Shown: in pieces, positions 1 through 5,635 of the stretch
Layout of the letters: each line of letters opens with the position of its first letter
Position numbering within the stretch: the stretch's first letter is position 1
From: a plasmid
Sequence record: NZ_CP121825.1
DNA length: 7,980 bases
Reading direction: 5' to 3' (one strand)
Position numbers and translations under genes: made by a program
Notes under the pieces: model-generated
Seen by the model: the letters and a program-made list of their open reading frames with translations, nothing else
The model's database searches: none
Told to the model about the DNA's origin: nothing

Positions 1-6
1 AAAAGT

Positions 7-34
7 GGTGCGCATAACGCCTTTTATGTTCAAT
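7..34. other. dif-like XerC/XerD recombination site. XerC arm GGTGCGCATAA, central CGCCTT, XerD arm TTATGTTCAAT.
   Basis: The XerC arm is identical to the E. coli dif XerC arm. The right arm differs from the dif XerD arm TTATGTTAAAT by one base. The spacing is 11-6-11. A second copy lies 4983 bp downstream in the same orientation. Confidence 0.75.
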
Positions 35-472
35 TGCCGATTTCACATGGCAAAACGGCCACTCCGTCAGGATGCGGCCGCCTGTATCGCGTTTTGGGGC
101 GTTTTGACACACAAGACAGGGCGTTTATCGCCTGAAAGTTTGCAACGCTTCTGGGGCGGTTTTAGGGCTGGATCCTGCGTGGTATGGTTTCAGCGCGTTT
201 TAACAGCCTATCGAGCATTAGCCTCGGCTGCCCTCCGAGCGTGTCCAGCGAACTCCTTCGGGGCCGCCAGGTTGATTTCCTGAAGCGGAAGGGCTGAGGC
301 TTCGCCATTAGTAATAGGGGAGGGACTTGTCTCACTGCGTTGTTGAGCGAAGTCCATCAAGGTGGGGGCAGTGGTCCCGCTCTGTGGAGATCAGTGCAGC
401 ACTCCTGAACGGGAGCGACTAGCGCAGTCTGTCGCGCCCCGTTCGGGAGGTGGCAAGCGCAGCGCGGCAGCC

Positions 473-715
473 TTAACGGCTGCTGAGATCCACCTCGATG
501 CGGCGAAAACCGATGGTGTGCGCCGTGTTCACCCCGGCATCGATGGTCTTAAAGACCCGCCACCCTCCGCGCTGGCGTTCCAGCACTTCCGTTTCTGCAT
601 TGCGGCCAAACTTCACCAGGTGAAGATGGTAGCCGGCACCCATCGGGGTCGGGGCGATCACCGCCTTGGCAAATCCCCCTTGTTCAAATACCCACTTCGC
701 CTTGATCTCTTCCAT
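473..715 (-). CDS. Conserved hypothetical small protein of 80 aa (MEEIKAKWVFEQGGFAKAVIAPTPMGAGYHLHLVKFGRNAE...).
   Basis: Complete ORF. All 7 nucleotide substitutions against copy 2 within the shared frame are synonymous (GCC/GCT, GTG/GTT, GGG/GGC, GGT/GGG, AAG/AAA, AGC/AGT, CTC/CTA). That argues for real coding on the minus strand. No confident family assignment. Confidence 0.7.
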   Translation of the reverse strand: MEEIKAKWVFEQGGFAKAVIAPTPMGAGYHLHLVKFGRNAETEVLERQRGGWRVFKTIDAGVNTAHTIGFRRIEVDLSSR

Positions 716-729
716 ATCAAAAACCTATT

Positions 730-797
730 TTGATGGTTCGTATCTGCGTTATGACACCAACACAGCCAAACATCAAATTATAATTACGAACCATCAA
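730..797. promoter_or_regulatory. Inverted repeat with 13-bp arms (TTGATGGTTCGTA ... TACGAACCATCAA) and a 42-bp AT-rich spacer. It lies upstream of the minus-strand 80-aa gene.
   Basis: Perfect arms in copy 1. Copy 2 (5650-5717) carries two compensatory arm changes (G:C to A:T at two paired positions), so the pairing is preserved. Confidence 0.6.
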
Positions 798-823
798 ATT
801 CTTATTTTGATTGGCGTTACTCA

Positions 824-960
824 GGTTCGTAGAACCGCACTCGGGTTTCAAAGGGGCGCCCCTTTGGCACGCCGATAGGATGCAGGCACGCCGACGGTAC
901 AAACGCAGTTTGTATACGCTCGGTCTCGTGCCTGTATACAGTCGGTGTCGTGCCTGTCTG
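824..960. repeat. Dense cluster of short palindromes and direct repeats. GGTTCgtaGAACC is at 824-836. The 18-bp perfect palindrome CAAAGGGGCGCCCCTTTG is at 849-866. TACAAACgcaGTTTGTA is at 898-914. The direct repeat GGCACGCCGA occurs twice. CGGTnTCGTGCCTGT occurs twice at 921-957.
   Basis: Seen directly in the sequence and conserved in copy 2 at 5744-5880. Cis-acting site cluster that looks like an origin or att site. Confidence 0.6.
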
Positions 961-981
961 CACTAACACCGCAACCACTAG

Positions 982-1080
982 ACCTACAGAATACCTACCG
1001 TTTACCTACAGAATCCCTACTGTCTACCTACGGCCTGCCTACTGTTTGCCTACAGAACACCTACGGAATACCTACAGAAT
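982..1080 (+). repeat. Nine contiguous 11-bp direct repeats (consensus aCCTACaGaat).
   Basis: Units at 982, 993, 1004, 1015, 1026, 1037, 1048, 1059 and 1070. The invariant core CCTAC recurs once per helical turn. Absent from element 2. Confidence 0.85.
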
Positions 1081-1110
1081 GGAGAGCAAAACTGATGACA
1101 GGTGGCGAGG

Positions 1111-1181
1111 CCACAAAAAGACCCACAAAATAACCCACACACACCAAGCGACCCACACATTGCCCCACAAAAAGACCCACA
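1111..1181 (+). repeat. Six copies of (C)CCACA spaced 12-18 bp apart.
   Basis: CCACA or CCCACA at 1111, 1122, 1134, 1152, 1164 and 1176. Element 2 has only a single CCTACA and ACCCACA at the equivalent place. Confidence 0.7.
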
Positions 1182-1196
1182 GAATCGGATACCAAA

Positions 1197-1409
1197 TTGA
1201 TGAATCAAAAAACGAATTTGAAGAGCATTCCTGAGGAGCAGTTCAGCCCGTACCGAGCCGCTGACTACCTAACGACCCCAGCGGAGATTGCCGCCTACAT
1301 CGAGGTCGCCAAGGAGGAAAACGATCCGGCCCTTCTCGCTGCCGTCATGGAGGACATCCGCCAAATCGAGACGGTGCAACATGCCAGCAAAACGCGAATC
1401 CTGCCTTAG
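1197..1409 (+). CDS. Small protein of 70 aa resembling the N-terminal domain of HigA-family addiction-module antidote proteins (..AADYLTTPAEIAAYIEVAKEENDPALLAAVMEDI..). No helix-turn-helix domain.
   Basis: The motif pattern DYL..PE.IAAYL.A..E.DPAL is typical of that family. In the conserved 3' half, 7 of 8 substitutions against copy 2 are synonymous. Confidence 0.6.
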   Translation: MMNQKTNLKSIPEEQFSPYRAADYLTTPAEIAAYIEVAKEENDPALLAAVMEDIRQIETVQHASKTRILP

Positions 1410-1442
1410 CCATAGAGCAACCATGAATTTCGTACGTACGAA
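1394..1442. repeat. 49-bp direct-repeat unit R1 (GCGAATCCTGCC...AATTTCGTACGTACGAA) containing the perfect 14-bp palindrome TTCGTACGTACGAA (1429-1442).
   Basis: Repeated at 1577-1616 with the palindrome at 1603-1616. The same pair occurs in element 2 (palindromes at 6833-6846 and 7006-7019). Confidence 0.8.
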
Positions 1443-1458
1443 GAAAAGGGGGCACACA

Positions 1459-1641
1459 GTGACATATCAGAGGCTGACGAAACAAGAACTCACCGAGCTA
1501 CGGGAGGAAATGAGGGCCGCCGGAGAATGGGCTAAAACCGTCTTGGAACAAGAGCGGCGGCAGCCGGTACCAAATTGCGAATCCTGCCCTAGCACCTCAA
1601 ATTTCGTACGTACGAAAAAACCAACCCCGCTCCGTGGATAA
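1459..1641 (+). CDS. Hypothetical 60-aa protein with a GTG start (VTYQRLTKQELTELREEMRAAGEWAKTVLEQERRQ...).
   Basis: Strong Shine-Dalgarno AAAGGGGG 6 nt upstream. Present in both elements (6862-7044). Its N-terminal half is conserved, mostly through synonymous or conservative changes. Confidence 0.45.
   Translation: MTYQRLTKQELTELREEMRAAGEWAKTVLEQERRQPVPNCESCPSTSNFVRTKKPTPLRG
1577..1616. repeat. Direct-repeat unit R2 with the second TTCGTACGTACGAA palindrome.
   Basis: See R1. Confidence 0.8.
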
Positions 1642-2382
1642 GCCCTACTGCCCACAGGCCAAAAACACGGCCTGATGGACAGCCCTTCGGGAACGGGCTT
1701 AACCACCTCGCCAAGATCCTCTCTCGATTATGAAGAGCTCAAAGACAACGGCCTAAAGGCCGCGCGAAAAAGGATGTCGCAGAGCTCCCCGGTCAGCAGG
1801 CTCTCCTATCTTTCCGCTGCGCTTCAAGATAGGAGAGCCCTCCTGCTTGGCTACGTTAAAAATGACGTAGTTACACAAGATAGACTCGCCTTGCTCCGGA
1901 CTATCGAGACCGCTTGCGGCAGCTCCCTCTCACGCGCTCCAGAGACACACCCCGTCCTTGCTGCATCTGCTTTAGTCCCCGCCTGATGGCCAGACTGCCT
2001 CGCCGTTTTTTAAGAGCTGGCCGTGGTTGGTTCCCCGTTACGCTCTGCTTGCAAATGCCCCAGGGTTGCGAGTCCTGGGAGGCTGTGATGCGCGATCGCA
2101 CGCTGGGCAGTATGTGAGATTTCCCCGTTCTGCCCGACCAACCACACCCACTCACGGCAACAAACTCATGCTTCCAATCCGTGCGGGTACGACAAAGCGC
2201 CAAAGGTGGTGGCCTTTGGTAACGGGCGTAGAGAGAGGGAATGCTTGATTGATGGGCGCCAAGGAGGCTAAACTTATTAGGCTTTTAGGTGACTGCTTCC
2301 CTCTACGGAGCCGTTACCAGGTGAAGTCGGTTCCCCAACTGACTACACCTTCGAACAAACCACCTTGCCGGGTGGTTTTTTT
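1642..2382 (+). ncRNA. Candidate large structured non-coding RNA of about 740 nt, copy 1.
   Basis: No ORF is conserved between the copies (the 103-aa ORF is broken by a stop in copy 2). There are many GC-rich hairpins: GGCCtaaaGGCC, CTCTCCTAT...ATAGGAGAG and CCAAAGG..CCTTTGG. Compensatory substitutions between the copies occur at 2061-2080 (CCAGG/CCTGG against CCACG/CGTGG) and in the helix 2234-2309 (AGAGGGAA/TTCCCTCT against GCGGGAA/TTCCCGC). It ends in an intrinsic terminator. Confidence 0.5.
2357..2382 (+). terminator. Rho-independent terminator: AAACCACCttgccgGGTGGTTTTTTT.
   Basis: A stem of 6-8 bp with a 6-nt loop, followed by a 7-T run. Confidence 0.8.
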
Positions 2383-2481
2383 CGTTTCTGGCGAACAGAA
2401 CAGATCGGGCTGGTAAGGTTCAACCGAGTACTTTCCGAGATCAGCCACGCAACTGGGGAACATATCCAAGCGCATGTGCTG

Positions 2482-2715
2482 ATGACTCGTACCAATCCTA
2501 GCCGCAAGAATTTTGCGGCTATCAGCGATGAACTAACAAGGCTGCCGCACCTCACCATGATGACCTCCAAGTTGAGCCGACGGGCAGACTGGGCCAACCA
2601 GATGGAGTCCGGCTTGGGAGTAACGGAGAGAGCAGCAACTCGCAGCAGCGCAGCGGGAATGGAGGCGAAAGCATTAGCGGAAGAAGTGCGGGAAAAACTT
2701 GCCTCGCTCGCTTAA
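2482..2715 (+). CDS. Hypothetical 77-aa protein (MTRTNPSRKNFAAISDELTRLPHL...). It lies in a 245-bp segment present only in element 1.
   Basis: ORF with an internal ATG. Only the last 20 codons or so are retained in element 2. No family recognised. Confidence 0.25.
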   Translation: MTRTNPSRKNFAAISDELTRLPHLTMMTSKLSRRADWANQMESGLGVTERAATRSSAAGMEAKALAEEVREKLASLA

Positions 2716-2734
2716 TGATATTAATTTAATATCA
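2716..2734. promoter_or_regulatory. 19-bp perfect palindrome TGATATTAAtTTAATATCA. It lies 25 bp upstream of the small ribbon-helix-helix-like gene and is a likely operator overlapping its promoter.
   Basis: Conserved exactly at 7872-7890 in element 2. Confidence 0.6.
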
Positions 2735-2758
2735 AATAGATACGAAAGAGATATTAAA

Positions 2759-2999
2759 ATGGCAAGAAAACTAATCAATCTGGATGACCTTGGCGCAGGA
2801 GCCCCCCCTCAAAGAGGTGGTAGCGGCGACTGGCAGCAGAGGGAAGATCCCCACCAAGGCCAAGAATATCCAGAACATGCCGTTGGAGTTTTTTACACGC
2901 CACGCGGCGTTGAGGGAAAAGGGCAATACCAGCTTGCTATTCACTCCGTACATCATCGAAGCAGTCCGCAAAGCACTGGAAGAAGACGAACAGAGCTAA
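2759..2999 (+). pseudogene. Small protein of about 79 aa with a ribbon-helix-helix-like C-terminus (...KIPTKAKNIQNMPLEFFTRHAALREKGNTSLLFTPYIIEAVRKALEEDEQS). It is frameshifted at the 7-C run 2802-2808.
   Basis: Element 2 (7916 onwards) has 6 C and reads straight through from ATG into the ..LKEVV.. frame. Element 1 needs a -1 correction at the C-run to join ATG 2759 to the 2784-2999 frame. Confidence 0.5.
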
Positions 3000-3044
3000 C
3001 AATAGCATCACAGGCCATACCCACCAGTGGGCATGACCTCAACG

Positions 3045-3078
3045 ATAAGGGGCATCCGTTTAACGCAACGCCCCTTAT
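3045..3078. terminator. Hairpin ATAAGGGGC-(16 nt)-GCCCCTTAT between the convergent small gene and the methyltransferase gene. No clear U-run on either strand.
   Basis: A perfect 9-bp stem seen in the sequence. Possible bidirectional terminator, weak. Confidence 0.3.
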
Positions 3079-3121
3079 CTGCACTCAATTCACACTACAA
3101 TTTTGCTTTAAAGATAGATAG

Positions 3122-4186
3122 TCACACCGACTCAGATTGCATCGCAGGCGTCATATCTTGCGAGGCCAAGTTTTGGCACAAATTACAATCCAACGACACC
3201 GTGTCTCCATTCATAATCCGATTGTAAATGCTCAATACATCCTCGTCAGAGACCCCCTTATCTAGGAAGCGAAATGCGGAGGCTGCGACATACTCAGGCT
3301 GCATTTCAAATGAAATCCACTTTCGAGACTCTTTCTCAGCAACCATCCCTGTTGTGTTCGAACCGCCAAAAATGTCTACAACAAGATCACCTGGCTCGGT
3401 CAACATTCTAATAAAAAACTCAGGCAACTTTGCTGGAAATCTAGCTGGGTGGGCCTTAACCCCCACAATTTTGCAACCAGCTTGATACTGCCCATTTGAC
3501 TCAGAGTTTGGTATTTGCAGCAAATTAGGAGGAATTGCCCCTCCATTGTCATTTGCAAATGACTTCCCTATGTCATGACCGGAAGGTCTAACTTTTGGAG
3601 TATAAAATTTATCTGGATCCTCCAACAGTTTTTTCATGCGATCACTATATGGAGCCAAAACTTTAGTTATATCTGATTTTGGCCATTCCGTTTTGCTGAA
3701 CCACCAAACAGTATTAACAGCATCTTTAACCCGGATTTTTCTTTTATTAACCCACTCGATTGGGCTTGGTAGCTTAGAAGGATTAAACCAATAGAAATCT
3801 TCCGCCAAGAAGAAACCCACTTCATCAATCATCCTAATCAAAACCCTAAAGTTATATAGACTTCTTGCTGGCACCCCTTTCATATAGGCACCACCAAAAT
3901 CAACAACAAAACTACCGTCAGGCTTTAACTTTTTAAAAACCACTTTTGCAAAAGATAAAAACCAATCCACGTATTCATGCTGCTCTAAATTTCCATATTC
4001 TTTTTTCCGCTGCAACGCAAACGGAGGGCTGGTCATAACCAAGCTAACGCTCTCGTCCTGAAGAGACTCAAGAAGTTCCAGCGAGTCACCAATGTAAACA
4101 GCCCCGTTACTTGTTGTATAGGCAGGACAAATATCACTTTTCAACATCTTGTTGCTACTCATAGTCTGTAGATTCAAAGTCTTCAC
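3122..4186 (-). CDS. pvuIIM: Beta-class amino-DNA methyltransferase of the M.PvuII type (probably N4-cytosine), 354 aa.
   Basis: Motif IV TSPPF lies near the N-terminus and motif I DIFGGSNTTG near the C-terminus, which is beta-class order. GTG start at 4186 with in-frame ATGs at codons 9 and 14, which parallels the two-start arrangement of M.PvuII. It is divergently arranged with the C and R genes. Confidence 0.9.
   Translation of the reverse strand: MKTLNLQTMSSNKMLKSDICPAYTTSNGAVYIGDSLELLESLQDESVSLVMTSPPFALQRKKEYGNLEQHEYVDWFLSFAKVVFKKLKPDGSFVVDFGGAYMKGVPARSLYNFRVLIRMIDEVGFFLAEDFYWFNPSKLPSPIEWVNKRKIRVKDAVNTVWWFSKTEWPKSDITKVLAPYSDRMKKLLEDPDKFYTPKVRPSGHDIGKSFANDNGGAIPPNLLQIPNSESNGQYQAGCKIVGVKAHPARFPAKLPEFFIRMLTEPGDLVVDIFGGSNTTGMVAEKESRKWISFEMQPEYVAASAFRFLDKGVSDEDVLSIYNRIMNGDTVSLDCNLCQNLASQDMTPAMQSESV
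4156..4181. promoter_or_regulatory. Tandem C-boxes: tACTcatAGTC-TGTA-GATTcaaAGTC. Predicted binding site for the C protein and an activator/operator for the leaderless C-R transcript.
   Basis: Matches the GACT-n3-AGTC half-site pattern with a TGTA centre. It sits 24 bp upstream of the C-gene ATG and inside the N-terminal codons of the methyltransferase gene, as in PvuII. Confidence 0.6.
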
Positions 4187-4204
4187 GCGCTCATTATCTC
4201 GCGT

Positions 4205-4434
4205 ATGACAAAGAATAGAAACCCCTTATCCGCCAGAAAAATACTAGCCCACAACCTCAAAGAAAAGCGGGGGGGGAGCTAGGCCTATCACAAGAAGCTT
4301 TAGCTGACATGGCTGGGCTCCATAGAACTTATGTTGGTTCAGTAGAACGAGCAGAAAGAAACATATCCATAGATAACATTGAACGCCTAGCAAAAGCGCT
4401 CAATGTTCATCCATCATCTCTACTAATGGAATAG
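4205..4434 (+). pseudogene. pvuIIC: Controller (C) protein gene of the XRE helix-turn-helix family. It is frameshifted in the 8-G run 4269-4276.
   Basis: The first frame gives MTKNRNPLSARKILAHNLKEKRGG. The second gives LGLSQEALADMAGLHRTYVGSVERAERNISIDNIERLAKALNV. Joined, they make a typical 76-aa C protein. Nine G would be in frame. Confidence 0.8.
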
Positions 4435-4439
4435 AAGTA

Positions 4440-4920
4440 ATGTCTCATAACGATTTTGAAAAATTAAAAAAAACTATGGCCAAACATCCAGGAATACCAA
4501 GAGCTGGCAACTAAACACGGCATAAAGGATATATTTCAAGATAACGGAGGAAAACTTCTTCAGGTAATTTTAATAACGAACCTACAGGTTCTAAGCGGTA
4601 GGGAGGGTAATGATGCAGTTGATATTAATGGACAGGAGTACGAACTAAAGTCAATCAATATCGATCTAACAAAGGGCTTCTCTACTCATCATCACATGAA
4701 CCCTACAATCATTGCAAAGTACAGAAAGGTTCCATGGATATTTGCCATATACAAAAACATTGAACTCCAGGAGATATATCAGTTGGAGCCAGGTGATTTG
4801 GAATGTTACTATTCCAAGTGGGAGCAAAAATGGCATGAAGATGGAGGGAAGGACATTAACAACCCCAAAATCCCTGTTAGTTTTGTAATAGAAGTCGGAA
4901 AAAAAATATACCCTCAGTGA
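4440..4920 (+). pseudogene. pvuIIR: Restriction endonuclease gene homologous to R.PvuII, about 159 aa. It is frameshifted in the 8-A run 4466-4473.
   Basis: After the frameshift the translation is ..[81 protein letters not shown]. It shows high identity to R.PvuII as I recall it, including the catalytic D..E.K. Seven A would be in frame. The gene starts 5 bp after the C-gene stop. Confidence 0.9.
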
Positions 4921-4989
4921 CTTATAATCGCCAAGGATGGTTCGATTTCTTTACTGCGAGCCAAAAAGTCAACCCGTAACACTAAAAGT

Positions 4990-5017
4990 GGTGCGCATAA
5001 CGCCTTTTATGTTAAAC
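4990..5017. other. Second dif-like XerC/XerD site. GGTGCGCATAA-CGCCTT-TTATGTTAAAC.
   Basis: Same XerC arm and central region as site 1. The XerD arm has one mismatch to the canonical dif arm. It marks the start of the second repeated element. Confidence 0.75.
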
Positions 5018-5391
5018 CACGACTTTTAGCGGCTAAAACGGGGCACAGGCGGCAAACAGGCCGCCTGTATCGCGTTTTGGGGCGTTTCGACACACAAGGC
5101 AGGGCATTTGCAGCCTGAAAGTTTGCAACGCTTCTGAGGCGTTTTTAGGGGCGGAGCCTGCGGGGTATGGTTTTAGCCCGTTTTAGCGGCCTATCGCGCA
5201 TTAGTCTCGGTTGCCCTCCGAGCGTGTCCGACGGACGCCTGCGGGGGCCAATAGGTGAAGCAAAACGGAGTCCATCAATGGTGGGGCCAGCGGCCCCACC
5301 CTGTGGAGATCAGGGCAACACTCCCAAACGGGAGCGACTAGCGCAGTCTGTCGCGCTTCGTTCGGGAGTCGGCAAGCGCAGCGCGGCAGCC

Positions 5392-5635
5392 TTAACGACT
5401 GCTTAGATCCACCTCGATGCGGCGAAAACCGATGGTGTGCGCCGTGTTAACCCCAGCATCGATGGTCTTAAAGACCCGCCAGCCTCCGCGCTGGCGTTCC
5501 AGCACTTCCGTTTCTGCATTGCGGCCAAACTTCACCAGGTGAAGATGGTAGCCGGCCCCCATCGGGGTCGGGGCGATCACCGCTTTGGCAAAGCCCCCCT
5601 TGTTCAAATACCCACTTCGCCTTGATCTCTTCCAT
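5392..5635 (-). pseudogene. Second copy of the 80-aa gene. The N-terminus is frameshifted by one extra nucleotide at a C-run (6 C at 5594-5599 against 5 C in copy 1).
   Basis: The C-terminal 62 aa are identical to copy 1. The frame breaks at the homopolymer. Confidence 0.6.

Larger units (their letters stand above)
1..960. repeat. Repeat block A, copy 1. About 90% identical to 4984-5881, with indels around 40-100 and 245-330.
   Basis: Direct comparison of the two stretches in the window. Confidence 0.9.

Noticed and set aside
280-720. tmRNA/SmpB-like or GuaA C-terminal region, considered because of GGGG-rich structured sequence and a small ORF
   Set aside because: No tRNA-like acceptor and T-arm. 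No tag reading frame. The small protein does not match SmpB or the GuaA C-terminus beyond chance.
362-733. 123-aa plus-strand ORF overlapping the 80-aa minus-strand gene
   Set aside because: The substitution pattern between the repeat copies is purely synonymous in the minus-strand frame and not in this one. The translation is Arg/Gly/Ala-rich with no recognisable motifs.
945-1234. ORFs 945-1133 and 950-1234 on the plus strand (PTEYLP... repeats)
   Set aside because: They are translations of the 11-bp iteron array and the CCCACA array. The periodic peptide repeats simply mirror the DNA repeats.
1675-2248. ORFs inside the conserved 740-nt block: 1675-1986, 1914-2117 and 2027-2248 on the plus strand, and 1901-2203 on the minus strand
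   Set aside because: The 103-aa frame is cut by a stop in the second copy. The others are Arg/Cys/Pro-rich with low complexity. Conservation is at the nucleotide and structure level, which points to a non-coding function.
7-2340. Group II intron (GUGCG at position 7 and a GGAGCCG...CGGUUCC motif at 2307-2334)
   Set aside because: The GTGCGC is the XerC arm of a dif-like site. The 3' motif lacks the 34-nt domain V with its bulged inner stem and GNRA loop. There is no reverse-transcriptase ORF and no domain VI bulged A.
2680-2695. DNA uptake sequence (GAAGTGCGGG resembles the Pasteurellaceae USS)
   Set aside because: There is one near-match per element, inside a conserved backbone segment, and no enrichment.
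2699-3121. 140-aa plus-strand ORF
   Set aside because: It is a frameshift artefact. It starts in the correct frame of the small ribbon-helix-helix-like gene and after the 7-C run continues in a low-complexity +1 frame.
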